From positions 3,449 to 67,448 of the forward strand of contig JAUSHE010000008.1 in NCBI GenBank assembly GCA_030648435.1: DNA of 64,000 bases. The letters run 5' to 3'. This stretch comes from Candidatus Daviesbacteria bacterium (GTDB lineage Bacteria > Patescibacteriota > Microgenomatia > Daviesbacterales > UBA10151). Each line of letters opens with the position of its first letter. The stretch's first letter is position 1. The notes under the pieces were generated by a model that had not been told where the DNA came from, made no database searches, and was given only the letters and a program-made list of their open reading frames with translations. Below, one piece after another: positions 18,653-28,931 of this stretch. The position numbers and the translations under genes are program-made.

Positions 18653-19345
18653 ATGCCCGGTAAAAATTCCGTAAAACAATATACAGATAAGGGTTATTAT
18701 CATATTTATAACCGTGGAGTGGAAAAACGGATAATTTTCCAGGAAATACAGGATTATCTTGTTTTCCTATCTTATCTTAAAAATTATCTTCTACCAAAAG
18801 ACGAAGAAAAACTAAAAGAGAAATTATCAAATCCTGACACCTCTTATACAGATAGGGATAAGATTATTAAGCTTTTGCGGTTGAATAATTTTGCAGACGA
18901 GATAAATCTACTGGCATATTGCTTAATGCCCAACCACTTTCACTTTTTCATTTACCAAAACAGCAGTATTTCAATGGATAAATTTATGAATTCACTAGCT
19001 ACGAGATATAGTATGTACTTTAACAGAAAATATAAAAGAGTAGGGCCTTTGTATCAGGATGTTTACAAAGCTGTATTAGTTGCAAATGAGGAGCAGTTTC
19101 TTCATCTTACAAGATACATACATAAACAGGCTTTAGCTTTGCAAGGGGACGCCTTACAGCACGGAATGACTGATCAACCATCATCTTATTTAGATTATAT
19201 TGGCAATAGAAAAACAAAATGGGTCAAAACTGAAGAAGTATTGTTATATTTCTCTAAAAGCAACCCTAAACTTTCATACAGAGCATTTGTTGAAGAAAAG
19301 GATGATATAGAATTAATAAGCGAACTCACATTAGAAGATATTTAG
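18653..19345 (+). CDS. IS200/IS605-family HuH tyrosine transposase, RAYT type
   Basis: YHIYNRGVEKRIIFQ N-terminus, HuH motif LLAYCLMPNHFHFFI, catalytic Tyr context LTRYIHKQ. Start placed at MPGKNS (ORF-track start at 18614 overlaps the REP). Confidence 0.8.
   Translation: MPGKNSVKQYTDKGYYHIYNRGVEKRIIFQEIQDYLVFLSYLKNYLLPKDEEKLKEKLSNPDTSYTDRDKIIKLLRLNNFADEINLLAYCLMPNHFHFFIYQNSSISMDKFMNSLATRYSMYFNRKYKRVGPLYQDVYKAVLVANEEQFLHLTRYIHKQALALQGDALQHGMTDQPSSYLDYIGNRKTKWVKTEEVLLYFSKSNPKLSYRAFVEEKDDIELISELTLEDI
19139..19160. repeat. REP copy 3, in-frame inside the RAYT CDS (..ALQGDALQH..)
   Basis: TTGCAAGGGGACGCCTTACAGC, identical to copy 1. Confidence 0.8.
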
Positions 19346-19369
19346 CCTTGCAAGGCGTCCCCTTGCAGC
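19346..19369. repeat. REP copy 4, immediately after the RAYT stop
   Basis: CCTTGCAAGGCGTCCCCTTGCAGC, a near-perfect palindrome. Confidence 0.8.
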
Positions 19370-22300
19370 TCAAACAATCTTGAAAGATCCCGGACCCAGG
19401 ATTTGTTCAATAGCATCCTGCAGATCAAATCCGGTATCTATGGAAAAAGGTAAATCCATCCTTTTGGCTGCATCTCCATTTCCCAAAAATAAAGCGACAG
19501 AAGTATTACCGGGAAATCCCCGCAAGGTTTTGTTAATATTTTGCAAAACTGATATATCAGTGCCTTTCGGAATATATATTTCCAAAGTTCCCCTGCCGGA
19601 AACAATATCCTCCACCATATTTTCAGGATCAAACAAACTAATTTTTTCCACAATCAAAGACAATTCCTCTTCCCTTTTATCTACCCTGCCGGAAATTAAC
19701 ACTACCCTGTCTTTATCTAAAAATTCCTTGCAGTCATCAAAGATTTTAGGAAAAACAACCACTTCAATAGATGAAATGCCGTCTGAAATTTTTACAAAAG
19801 CCATTTCAGCTGCTGTTTTTTTCGTTAATACTTTTTTAACTGCCACCACTACCCCACCCAATTTTAGTGTTTGTCCGACATGCTCATCCCCCAGATCAGA
19901 TAATTTATTAGAAACAAATCTTTTTAACTTTTGCAGAAGGGCCAGAAAAGGCGGCTCATGCAGATAAAAACCAAGCAGTTCTTTTTCATAAACCAAAAGC
20001 TGATCCAAAGGCAATTCTTCGACAGCCGGCAACTTAATTGCAAACTGATTTAATTCTTCTTCGCTATCAAACAAAGATACCTGTCCTGATAATTTGTTTT
20101 TGTTTTGCTTGTGAGATTCCTCTAAACATTGATCTAAAATCAAAAGCTGGGCTGCCCTGCTGCCCAGATGATCCAAAGCGCCTGCTTTAATCAAGCTCTC
20201 CAAAGTTTTCCGGTTAACCAACCTGGTATCAACCCGTGAACATAGGTCGCTTAGCGATTCAAACTCTTTGTCCTTTCTGGCCTCCAGTATCGATTCAATG
20301 GCTAATAATCCGACATTTTTGATAGCTGAAAGCCCAAACCTAATGCCCTGGCCTGCTTTCCGCTCAACACCTGTTAACTGTCTTTCCAGTTCTTCTTTAC
20401 TTAATTCCTTCAGTTTTTCAAGAGTAAAACCAACCCCTGATTTATTAATATCGGGCGGCAAAACAACAATGTTAAGCCTTTTGCACTCCTCTATTGCGGC
20501 TGCAATTTTATCAATGTCTCCCGATTCAGCAGTCATCACAGCAGCCATAAATTCCACTGTGAAACTAGCTTTCATATAAGCCGTTTGGTAGGCAATCATG
20601 GCATAGGAGGCAGCATGAGCTTTATTAAATCCGTAAGCTGCAAAAGGGGCAATTAAAGCAAAAATTTCCTCCGCTTTGGCCCGTCTCATCCCTTTGGCAA
20701 TACAACCTTCGATAAATTTGCCTTTTTGTTTAGCCATTTCTGAGGGTATCTTTTTACCCATGGCTTTTCTAAATTTATCAGCCTCTTCCCAGGAATATCC
20801 GGCCAAATTGATGGCAGTCAGTAAAACATCGTCCTGATAAACTAAAAGGCCCAAAGAGGCTTCCGTATAATCCTTCATCCGCTCGTCAATATATTTAATT
20901 TTTTTAGGATTATGTTTTCTGGCAATATATTCAGGGATTACGCTTAAAGGGCCGGGGCGGTAGAGGGCCACCATGGCCTGAATATCAAAAATAGTGGTAG
21001 GTTTTAGCTCCATTACATATCTGGTCATACCCGATCCTTCAAGCTGAAAAACTCCCATGGTTTCCCCTTTAGCCAGCAGTTCAAAAGCTTTTTTGTTATC
21101 CAGCGGAATCTTATCTAAATCAACCAGGGTACCGGTATTTTCCCGGACAATCTCAACAGCTTTTCCCAAAATAGATAAATTCCTAATCCCCAAAAGGTCC
21201 ATTTTAACGAGGCCCGCATCTTCCACCGCAAACATGTCGTATTGTGAAACCAACCTTTCACCGGAGGCTTCTTTTTGTAAGGGGGTGAAATTGGTAATCT
21301 CATCCGGCGCAATCACAATCCCGGCAGCATGAACCGAGGCGTGACGGACGGTTCCCTCAATTCTCCCGGCCAAATCCAGCAGTTTTTTGATCTGCGGATT
21401 GTTTTTATAAAGTGCACCCAGTTCAGGAACTTCTTTGATAACATCAATTAAAGGTTTGTGAAAGCCCTGATAAGGCGGGGGGACTAATTTTGCGATCCTG
21501 TCTACTTCACTATAAGCCAAACCCATCACTCTGCCGACATCCCGGATTGCCGCCCTGCCCATCATTGTTCCAAAAGTAATTATGTGAGCCACCCTGTTTT
21601 CACCGTATTTTTTCATCACATAATCAATCACTTCATCTCTTCTGTCATCTGCAATATCAACATCAATATCGGGTAAAGTAGGTCTGTATACAGTCAGGAA
21701 CCGTTCAAACGGCAGAAGATAATCCAATGGGTTTAAATTAGTAACATCAAGACAAAATAGCACCATCGAGGCTGCAGCAGAACCTCTGGTATTGGTAATA
21801 ATCCCCCTGGCGTGAGCCCATTCCATAAAATCGGAGACCACCAAAAAATAATCTGCATACTTTTTTTGTTCAATTACGGAAAGTTCATATTCCAACCTGT
21901 CCTTGATTTTAGCCGTCACCCTAAATTTCTCTTCTGCTTTTTTATATGTTTGCTCCCGTAAAAATTCCATGGAGGTTTTATTGCCCGGGGTTTCAAATAC
22001 CGGAAAACTTGCTACACCCAGTGGGATTTCCAAATCTACCAAATCCGCAATTTTTTGGGTATTTTCCAGTGCCTCCGGCAAATCACTAAAAATCTCTGCC
22101 ATTTCCTCCGGAGATTTAAGATAATAATCAGGGGTATCAATCATTCGGAGCCTCTTAGTTTCCGATAACAATTTGCCTGTCTGCACACAAAGCAGGGCAT
22201 CCTGAGCCTCTGCATCTTCTTTCTTAACATAGTGATAATCATTGGTTGCCACAATTGGGATACCAATTTTTATAGACAGCTCCTTCACAGATTTTGTAGT

Positions 22301-22930
22301 TTGGTTTTGAATTTCCAGCAACTCTTCCAGATCTTTTTTGATTACTTCATCCTCAGCTACTGCGTAGGACGCTGCATAAGGATGCCTTTGTGTTTCCAGA
22401 TAAAAATTCCCCTCACCAAATATTTCAAGATAGGTTTTTAAGATTTCTTCTGCTTTAGTGCCGGAGGCGCCCCTTGTTTCATCTTTCATCAGGTTGCGGA
22501 TAAATTCTCCGGACGGACATCCTGACAGGGCAATTAAGCCTTCGTGATATTCCTTAAGTAGGGCTTTATCAACTCTGGGCCGGTAATAATAACCTTGGGT
22601 ATGAGCAATTGTAGTCAGCTTTATTAAATTTAGATAGCCCTGATAATTCTTAGCTAAAACTGTCAGATGATAAGGCTCGCTATCCAGCTTCCCTTCTTTA
22701 TCTTTGTGGGATCTTTTGGCAACATACATCTCTACACCAACAATTGGTTTGATTCCTGCCTCAAGGCAAGCTTTATAAAATTCAATTGCCCCGTACATTA
22801 CTCCGTGATCGGTGATAGCCGTAGCATTCATACCCAGTTCTTTGGTTCTTTTAACTAATTCGGGAATTTTGGATAATCCATCAAGAAGAGAATATTGGGT
22901 ATGATTGTGAAGATGAACAAACCTAGGCAT
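19370..22930 (-). CDS. dnaE: DNA polymerase III alpha subunit
   Basis: PHP N-terminus (HLHNHTQYSLLDG), 1186 aa. Palm/fingers segments and a C-terminal OB region. Confidence 0.9.
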   Translation of the reverse strand: MPRFVHLHNHTQYSLLDGLSKIPELVKRTKELGMNATAITDHGVMYGAIEFYKACLEAGIKPIVGVEMYVAKRSHKDKEGKLDSEPYHLTVLAKNYQGYLNLIKLTTIAHTQGYYYRPRVDKALLKEYHEGLIALSGCPSGEFIRNLMKDETRGASGTKAEEILKTYLEIFGEGNFYLETQRHPYAASYAVAEDEVIKKDLEELLEIQNQTTKSVKELSIKIGIPIVATNDYHYVKKEDAEAQDALLCVQTGKLLSETKRLRMIDTPDYYLKSPEEMAEIFSDLPEALENTQKIADLVDLEIPLGVASFPVFETPGNKTSMEFLREQTYKKAEEKFRVTAKIKDRLEYELSVIEQKKYADYFLVVSDFMEWAHARGIITNTRGSAAASMVLFCLDVTNLNPLDYLLPFERFLTVYRPTLPDIDVDIADDRRDEVIDYVMKKYGENRVAHIITFGTMMGRAAIRDVGRVMGLAYSEVDRIAKLVPPPYQGFHKPLIDVIKEVPELGALYKNNPQIKKLLDLAGRIEGTVRHASVHAAGIVIAPDEITNFTPLQKEASGERLVSQYDMFAVEDAGLVKMDLLGIRNLSILGKAVEIVRENTGTLVDLDKIPLDNKKAFELLAKGETMGVFQLEGSGMTRYVMELKPTTIFDIQAMVALYRPGPLSVIPEYIARKHNPKKIKYIDERMKDYTEASLGLLVYQDDVLLTAINLAGYSWEEADKFRKAMGKKIPSEMAKQKGKFIEGCIAKGMRRAKAEEIFALIAPFAAYGFNKAHAASYAMIAYQTAYMKASFTVEFMAAVMTAESGDIDKIAAAIEECKRLNIVVLPPDINKSGVGFTLEKLKELSKEELERQLTGVERKAGQGIRFGLSAIKNVGLLAIESILEARKDKEFESLSDLCSRVDTRLVNRKTLESLIKAGALDHLGSRAAQLLILDQCLEESHKQNKNKLSGQVSLFDSEEELNQFAIKLPAVEELPLDQLLVYEKELLGFYLHEPPFLALLQKLKRFVSNKLSDLGDEHVGQTLKLGGVVVAVKKVLTKKTAAEMAFVKISDGISSIEVVVFPKIFDDCKEFLDKDRVVLISGRVDKREEELSLIVEKISLFDPENMVEDIVSGRGTLEIYIPKGTDISVLQNINKTLRGFPGNTSVALFLGNGDAAKRMDLPFSIDTGFDLQDAIEQILGPGSFKIV

Positions 22931-24242
22931 AAGTTAGAAGTCTTTCCAAAATTGATTTAAGTTTCGAAGTGTCTGCTTTACCGGAAGATAATTTCATCAC
23001 CCCTCCAATGATTGCCTGCAAGGCAACCACTTTACCGCTTTTGTAATCCTCTACCGATTTTTGGTTTTCTTCCATAGCTTGTTTGGCTAATTTTTCCAGC
23101 TCTCTTTCATCTTCTATTATCCCCACTTTTTTACCTCTTAGCTCTTCAATAACCTGAGTTGGCAAAACTTCTTTAATATTTATTTTTTTGTTGATAATAT
23201 GATTAGCTACCTGAACTCCATTTACATCGTGTCCCTGACCATGTTTTACAGTGTCTTCAAAAAAATCAGCCAATTCTTTTGATTCTGTTAAAATAGCTGT
23301 CTGAGAAATTGATAATTTAAATTCTTTTTGAAATCTTTCTTTTTTCTCCCACGGCAACTCCGGCATTTTTGCTTTTATACTGTCCACTGTAGCCTGTAAC
23401 CTGTCCACTTTCATCTCCGGTAGGTCCGGTTCGGGGAAATAGCGGTAATCATTTGCTTCTTCTTTACTTCTTTGTAGATATGTACACTTTTTGTCTGCAT
23501 TCCATCCCCTCGTTTCCTGAGAAAGTTTTTCTCCTGCTTTAATTGCGCCAATTTGGCGTTTAATCTCATACTCTATTGCCACCGCCATAAACCTAAAAGA
23601 GTTAATATTTTTAAGTTCCACCCTGTAATTTGGTAATTCTTCCTGCCCCACAAGCCTGACAGAAACATTTGCCTCAAGCCGCATATCACCACGCTCCATA
23701 TCGGCATTAGACACACCTAAATATCTAAATAATTGCTGGAGTTTTTTGGCATAATCCCTGACTGACTGCACATCCCGAAAATCCGGTTCAGTGACTATTT
23801 CTACAAGAGGCACTCCTGAACGGTTAAAATCTATCAGTGTTTCAGAGTCTCTGTGCGTCAGTTTCCCTGTATCCTCTTCCTGATGCACCCTATTAATTCT
23901 AATTTTCTGTCCATTATCTAATATTAAATATCCATTTATACATAGTGGCCACCGGTACTGAGATATCTGATAACCTTTTGCTAAATCCGGATAAAAATAA
24001 TTTTTTCTTTCAAACCTGCTAACTTCATTAATTGAACAGTTTAAAGCCAGCCCAATTTTCATACAGGCTTCAATAGCAGCTTTATTGATATACGGAAGCG
24101 CCCCGGGAAGCCCCAAACAAACAGGACAGGTATGAGTATTGGGCTCTTTGCCAAAGTAGTCAGCACTGCACCTGCAAAACATTTTAGATTTAGTATTTAA
24201 TTCTACATGAACTTCTAGTCCGATAACTGGTTCGTAATTCAT
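22923..24242 (-). CDS. gatB: Asp/Glu-tRNA amidotransferase subunit B
   Basis: N-terminus [23 protein letters not shown] is the canonical GatB start. Overlaps the dnaE start by 8 nt. Confidence 0.9.
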   Translation of the reverse strand: MNYEPVIGLEVHVELNTKSKMFCRCSADYFGKEPNTHTCPVCLGLPGALPYINKAAIEACMKIGLALNCSINEVSRFERKNYFYPDLAKGYQISQYRWPLCINGYLILDNGQKIRINRVHQEEDTGKLTHRDSETLIDFNRSGVPLVEIVTEPDFRDVQSVRDYAKKLQQLFRYLGVSNADMERGDMRLEANVSVRLVGQEELPNYRVELKNINSFRFMAVAIEYEIKRQIGAIKAGEKLSQETRGWNADKKCTYLQRSKEEANDYRYFPEPDLPEMKVDRLQATVDSIKAKMPELPWEKKERFQKEFKLSISQTAILTESKELADFFEDTVKHGQGHDVNGVQVANHIINKKINIKEVLPTQVIEELRGKKVGIIEDERELEKLAKQAMEENQKSVEDYKSGKVVALQAIIGGVMKLSSGKADTSKLKSILERLLTYA

Positions 24243-25579
24243 ATCTTAGGCTTCTCCTTTTTCCAATCTGTTGCCTGCTCATAAGCCTCACCTACATCTA
24301 AAATCGTCTCTTCGTCCCATTGTTTTCCTAAAATCTGAAGTCCAACAGGCAAGCCATCAGAGAATCCACAAGGCACAGACAATCCCGGAATTCCTGCTAA
24401 ATTGGCAGAAATAGTACAAATATCAGACAGATACATTTTTAGCGGATCATCTATTTTTTCTCCTAAATTCCAGGCTGTGGTGGGGGAGACAGGACCAACT
24501 ATTACATCACACTCCGTAAATGCTTTTTCAAAATCCTGTTTAATTAAAGTCCTGACTTTGGCAGCTTTAACATAATATTCATCATAATACCCTGCTGACA
24601 GAGCATAAGTGCCGAGCATTATCCTCCTTTGGACTTCCGGACCAAAATCCCCTCTTTCAGACCCGAACCTGATACCATCGAAACGTCCCATATTGGATGA
24701 GACCTCTGAGGGCACAATAATATAGTAGGCGGCCAGGGCATATTGGCTGTGCGGCAGACTTATCTCAATTATTTCCGCTCCCAGTTCTTCCAGTTTTTTA
24801 ATTGCTTGCTCTATAACTATTTTTACCTTTGGATCTAGTCCTTCTGCAAAATACTCCTTCGGCACTCCAATCTTTGCAAGGCGTCCCCTTGCAGCACGGC
24901 GAGGGGACGCCTTAAGGAAACAATTTGAATCATGTCCATCTGCCCCTGAAATCCAATCCAAAACTAAAGCTGCATCTTCCACTGATTTTGTAATCGGACC
25001 AATAGAATCAAAGGAGGAAGCCATATGAAAAAGACCGTATCTTGAAACTCTGCCGTATGTAGGTTTTAATCCCACTACTCCACAAAGTGATGCCGGCTGC
25101 CTGATTGATCCGCCTGTATCTGATCCCAGCGAAAATACACACAAATCTGCTGCAACTGCAGCTGCAGAACCACTGGATGATCCGCCTGTAATTTTATTTA
25201 AGTCCCATGGATTTTTAGTTGGGCCATAAGCAGAGTTTTCTCCTGATCCCCCCATGGCAAATTCATCGCAATTTGTTTTACCGATTATACTAATATTTTG
25301 CTCTGACAGCTTATCAATAACTGTTGCATTATATTGGGGTATATAATTACTCAATATCTTAGAACCAGCTGTTGTTTTAATTCCTTTGGTTGAAATGACG
25401 TCTTTAATTGCCGCAGGAATCCCGCAGGAATTTTTTTCTATTTCTAAGTAAGCATTTAATTTCGGGTTTAATTTTGTTATTCTCTCAAAATAAGCCTTAT
25501 TTAGCTCTTCCTCAGAAAATTCTTTCTTCTCTAGAGCCTCAATTGTCTCTATTAAAGTTAATTTAGTGATATCACTCAT
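24239..25579 (-). CDS. gatA: Asp/Glu-tRNA amidotransferase subunit A (amidase signature family) with an in-frame REP insertion
   Basis: Amidase signature ([13 protein letters not shown]), 4-nt overlap with gatB. Start trimmed to MSDITKL adjacent to the gatC stop. Insertion encodes ..[16 protein letters not shown].. Confidence 0.85.
   Translation of the reverse strand: MSDITKLTLIETIEALEKKEFSEEELNKAYFERITKLNPKLNAYLEIEKNSCGIPAAIKDVISTKGIKTTAGSKILSNYIPQYNATVIDKLSEQNISIIGKTNCDEFAMGGSGENSAYGPTKNPWDLNKITGGSSSGSAAAVAADLCVFSLGSDTGGSIRQPASLCGVVGLKPTYGRVSRYGLFHMASSFDSIGPITKSVEDAALVLDWISGADGHDSNCFLKASPRRAARGRLAKIGVPKEYFAEGLDPKVKIVIEQAIKKLEELGAEIIEISLPHSQYALAAYYIIVPSEVSSNMGRFDGIRFGSERGDFGPEVQRRIMLGTYALSAGYYDEYYVKAAKVRTLIKQDFEKAFTECDVIVGPVSPTTAWNLGEKIDDPLKMYLSDICTISANLAGIPGLSVPCGFSDGLPVGLQILGKQWDEETILDVGEAYEQATDWKKEKPKI
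24874..24916. repeat. REP copy 5 (compound: full hairpin plus a partial second arm), in-frame in gatA
   Basis: TTGCAAGGCGTCCCCTTGCAGCACGGCGAGGGGACGCCTTAAGG. Confidence 0.75.
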
Positions 25580-25862
25580 CGAAAACTCCTTTTGTTTCAA
25601 ACATAGAATCTTTTGTCTTCGAAGCATCCGATAAAGCTTCTTCCCGGGACAAACCAGCTGCTGTTTCATCTTCCCTAATGACATTATTCAATCCAGTTAC
25701 ATTAAATGTGGGTTCTACTCCGGAAGTATCAACCTGATTTAACTGGTCAACATACTCTAAAATAGCAGAAAGCTGCTCTGAGTACTTTTCCTCCTCTTCG
25801 ATGGTTAATGGCAGATTCGCCAACTTCGCTACTTTTTTTACCTGATCTGCAGTTAATTTCAT
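25572..25862 (-). CDS. gatC: Asp/Glu-tRNA amidotransferase subunit C
   Basis: [41 protein letters not shown] is typical GatC. Heads the gatCAB operon. Confidence 0.85.
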   Translation of the reverse strand: MKLTADQVKKVAKLANLPLTIEEEEKYSEQLSAILEYVDQLNQVDTSGVEPTFNVTGLNNVIREDETAAGLSREEALSDASKTKDSMFETKGVFDE

Positions 25863-25864
25863 AT

Positions 25865-26413
25865 TTATGACTTGATAATAAAAGATTCTAGATCTTCTTT
25901 TTTAAGTAAAGTAGATTCTGAACAATTTGCTACTAAAGCTACACTAACTTTATGAGAAAATCCAACATATTCAACTACTTTATCTTTCTCTTTAGCTTTC
26001 TTTATCGCCGGCAATAAATCAGTATCCGAAGAAACAATTATAATTCTATCCGCTAGATTTTCATATGTAGCAACTAATATATCAACCGCTATATTTACAT
26101 CAACGCCCTTTTCGTGAAATTTTCCATCTGATTTTAGAAGGTAACCAAGAGAATATATAACTTTGTTCTTTCTCAGGTGAGCCAATAATCTTCGTTGATT
26201 ATTAAACAATTTCTGCATCTTTTCAGTTCCGTCTGTTCTTACCTTGCCTACATAGTAAGTACACTTCACTACTTCATAATCTTTAGCCAATTTTTTCGAG
26301 AAAGCAGCAAAATTGAAATCCAATAAATTATGCAGCCTTAAATCCTTTAATTTGAAGTAAAAATTGCTTCCATCAATGAGTACTACACAACGTTTTCTTG
26401 TCATAGAATTCAT
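25865..26413 (-). CDS. NYN-domain (LabA-like) protein
   Basis: VVLIDGSNFYF start and IIIVSSDTDLLPAI motif are typical of NYN/PIN-like LabA proteins. Confidence 0.55.
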   Translation of the reverse strand: MNSMTRKRCVVLIDGSNFYFKLKDLRLHNLLDFNFAAFSKKLAKDYEVVKCTYYVGKVRTDGTEKMQKLFNNQRRLLAHLRKNKVIYSLGYLLKSDGKFHEKGVDVNIAVDILVATYENLADRIIIVSSDTDLLPAIKKAKEKDKVVEYVGFSHKVSVALVANCSESTLLKKEDLESFIIKS

Positions 26414-26439
26414 TATATCATTCAGTAAAGGCTTTGGAG

Positions 26440-26480
26440 ATAAAAAAATCCTGTGAAGACCTTACGGTGTCACAGGAGAT
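26440..26480 (-). terminator. Intrinsic terminator downstream of obg
   Basis: Minus-strand hairpin CCTGTGA-(13 nt)-TCACAGG followed by ATTTTTTTAT. Confidence 0.5.
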
Positions 26481-26584
26481 TTTAGGATTTAATAATATCA
26501 TAAGTAGTGGCCTTATTCAAGAACCAATTGGGGCATCAATTTGGGCAAATTAGCCAGCATTGCTACATGTTTAACATCAATCCT

Positions 26585-27532
26585 CTATTTATTAACAAGA
26601 AGCTTTTCGAGGTTTTGCAAACTATCCCAATCATGAATTGAGACAGGAATAATTTCTTTTTTAAATTTCTTTAATTTAATAATCTTTTTCTGCAAATCCT
26701 TTTCTTCTATTAAATCATTCTTAGTTAAAATTATTATTTCAGGCTTTTTTGTAAGATCGGCATTATATTTTTCCAACTCATTTCTTACTACCTGATAATC
26801 CTTTAGGACATCTTCTGAATCAGCAGGTACACAGTGTAAAAGTAATTTAACCTTTTCAATATGCTTTAAAAACTTTACTCCCAGGCCTTTTCCTTCCGAA
26901 GCTCCCTCAATTAAACCCGGAATATCTGCAATAACTTTACCGTTATACATACCTAAATTCGGTTCAAGAGTGGTAAAAGGATAGTCAGCAATCTTGGCAT
27001 TTGCCGCTGTTAATTCATTTAATAAACTGCTTTTACCGGCGTTAGGTAAACCAATGAGCCCAAAATCCGCAATATATTTTAGTTCTACTTTTAATTGCCT
27101 TTCCCGTCCGGGTAATCCTTTTTGAGCATATTTGGGAGTTGTGTTTCTAGATGATTTAAATGCAAAATTTCCCCTGCCTCCTAAACCTCCTTTGCAGATT
27201 AAGAATCTTGAGTTTAAATCATTTAGTATAAATTCTTCACCTGTTTGTAGATCATTCATCTCCGTTCCAAGAGGCATTACGATCTCTAAATCTTTTCCGT
27301 CTTTACCTGATTGCTGAAATTTGCCACCCATTTCACCGTTTTCAGCTTCCTTGGTCTTTGATTTTGAAAATTGGTTCAAGGCCCTAAGATCGGAAGTAAC
27401 GCTAAGGTAAATATCTCCGCCTTTGCCGCCATTTCCGCCGTTAGGCCCGCTATGCTGCCCAGGATTAAAAGAAACCCTGCCCGGCCCGCCATGCCCTGCC
27501 CGCAATATAATTTCTACTTCATCAATTAACAT
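26585..27532 (-). CDS. obg: GTPase Obg (short form)
   Basis: Gly-rich Obg fold N-terminus (AGHGGPGRVSFNPGQHSGPNGGNGGKGGDIYL). G1 motif GLIGLPNAGKSSLL. Confidence 0.85.
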   Translation of the reverse strand: MLIDEVEIILRAGHGGPGRVSFNPGQHSGPNGGNGGKGGDIYLSVTSDLRALNQFSKSKTKEAENGEMGGKFQQSGKDGKDLEIVMPLGTEMNDLQTGEEFILNDLNSRFLICKGGLGGRGNFAFKSSRNTTPKYAQKGLPGRERQLKVELKYIADFGLIGLPNAGKSSLLNELTAANAKIADYPFTTLEPNLGMYNGKVIADIPGLIEGASEGKGLGVKFLKHIEKVKLLLHCVPADSEDVLKDYQVVRNELEKYNADLTKKPEIIILTKNDLIEEKDLQKKIIKLKKFKKEIIPVSIHDWDSLQNLEKLLVNK

Positions 27533-27540
27533 ATATAAAA

Positions 27541-27584
27541 TTTCTAATTACTAATTATTCTAATTAACCTAATCAAATCCCAAT
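27541..27584. repeat. AT-rich tandem/inverted repeat (CTAATTA / CTAATTAACCTAAT), left flank of the four-helix-bundle gene
   Basis: CTAATTAACCTAA is the reverse complement of TTAGGTTAATTAG, which occurs twice at 27969-28006. Confidence 0.6.
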
Positions 27585-27602
27585 AAACCAATGTCTAAAT
27601 AT

Positions 27603-27965
27603 CTAAGAAACCTTTTTGTATATTGAATTAAAGATTAAGTTTAACTCTTTTGCTTCCTGCCATAAAGGCTTAGCTTCTTCCTTCAATTCTGAAACAGCCA
27701 CAACTATCATTCTAATGAAATGTTTTGACTCTCTGGACTCTTTTTTACATATACCTATTTTATGTCTAAAATCCTGTTTACTTTCCGCATCGTCTGCTTC
27801 ACAATAATTTGCCCCAACACTGGTCCCGCACTTAATCAATTGATTAATTAAAGGATCAGTAATTACCCCTCTGGGAATCTTTTTGCAAAATTTAATTACA
27901 TCCTCACCAAACTTAGCAGTTCTTTCTTCTAAATCATATTTGGGCAAATTTACATCATTAATCAT
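27603..27965 (-). CDS. Four-helix-bundle protein (23S rRNA intervening-sequence-protein family)
   Basis: GTSVGANYCEADDAESKQDFRHKIGICKKESRESKHFIRMIV matches the ..NIAEG..R.S..DF..FL.IA.GS..E family core. Confidence 0.6.
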   Translation of the reverse strand: MINDVNLPKYDLEERTAKFGEDVIKFCKKIPRGVITDPLINQLIKCGTSVGANYCEADDAESKQDFRHKIGICKKESRESKHFIRMIVVAVSELKEEAKPLWQEAKELNLIFNSIYKKVS

Positions 27966-28010
27966 TATTTAGGTTAATTAGAAATTAGGTTAATTAGGTT
28001 AATTATCTTA
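27966..28010. repeat. AT-rich tandem repeat (TTAGGTTAATTAG x2), right flank; inverted relative to the left flank
   Basis: Seen directly in sequence. Confidence 0.6.
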
Positions 28011-28931
28011 AATCTTGCCTTCCATTTCGCGGAGGGCTTTGATACGGGCTTCAATTGGCGGATGAGTATTAAAAAGTCCTGCTAACCATGCTTTTGCTTC
28101 CTGGCCTTTTAAAGGATTAATAATATACAGGTGAGCAGTTCCCCTGTTGGCTGCTTCCAAAGGCTCCTTATCCGATGATATTTTTTGCAGAGCCGATGCC
28201 AAACCTTGAGGGTATCTGGTCAAAAGTACGCCTGAAGCATCTGCCAAAAATTCCCTCCGCCGGGATACAGCCAACTGGATAAGCACTGCCACTATTGGCG
28301 CCAGAATCGCTGCCACTATAGCTAAAACTATGAAAATTGTATTGTTTTTACTTTCTCTATCTCGTCCTCCAAAAAACATTGACCGGAGGAAAAAATCTGA
28401 CAGCAGCGCAATTGTTCCCACCAAAACCGACACAACCGCCATCACCAGAGTATCCCTGTTACCCACATGGGAAAGCTCATGGGCTGTGACCCCTTCTAAC
28501 TCCTGCTTATTTAATTTATCTAAAATCCCGCTGGTAAAACAAATAGCAGCATGCTTTGGATCCCTGCCGGTAGCAAAAGCATTTGTGGCGCTGTCTTCAA
28601 TAATATAAATCCTGGGGGTAGGTAATCCTGCGGCTATACAAAGATTTTCAACAATTCTATAAACTTCCGGGTTATCCTTTTTCGCAAGTTGTTTGGCGCC
28701 GGAAATACCCAAAACAATTTTATCCGACCAGTAGTAAGAAACAAGGTTCATTACCCCTGCCATAATCAAGGCTACGCCAACTATACCCAATCCCCCCATC
28801 TCTCCGTACCCAAATCCCCTGGCAATTACATAAATAACTGCCACCGTAAATATGGAAAACAAAAACATGATTACCCAGGTTTTAAAAATATTACCGGAAA
28901 CATGATCCCAAGCTGTATTCACAGTAGCCAT
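28008..28931 (-). CDS. htpX: Zinc metalloprotease HtpX (M48)
   Basis: HELSHVGNRD (HExxH), TM helices, downstream of lemA as in many bacteria. Confidence 0.85.
   Translation of the reverse strand: MATVNTAWDHVSGNIFKTWVIMFLFSIFTVAVIYVIARGFGYGEMGGLGIVGVALIMAGVMNLVSYYWSDKIVLGISGAKQLAKKDNPEVYRIVENLCIAAGLPTPRIYIIEDSATNAFATGRDPKHAAICFTSGILDKLNKQELEGVTAHELSHVGNRDTLVMAVVSVLVGTIALLSDFFLRSMFFGGRDRESKNNTIFIVLAIVAAILAPIVAVLIQLAVSRRREFLADASGVLLTRYPQGLASALQKISSDKEPLEAANRGTAHLYIINPLKGQEAKAWLAGLFNTHPPIEARIKALREMEGKI

Larger units (their letters stand above)
18597..19372. mobile_element. REPtron: RAYT (REP-associated tyrosine transposase) gene flanked by inverted REP copies
   Basis: REP copies at 18599-18620 and 19346-19369 bracket a HuH-Y1 transposase ORF. 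A third copy lies inside the gene in opposite orientation. Confidence 0.75.
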
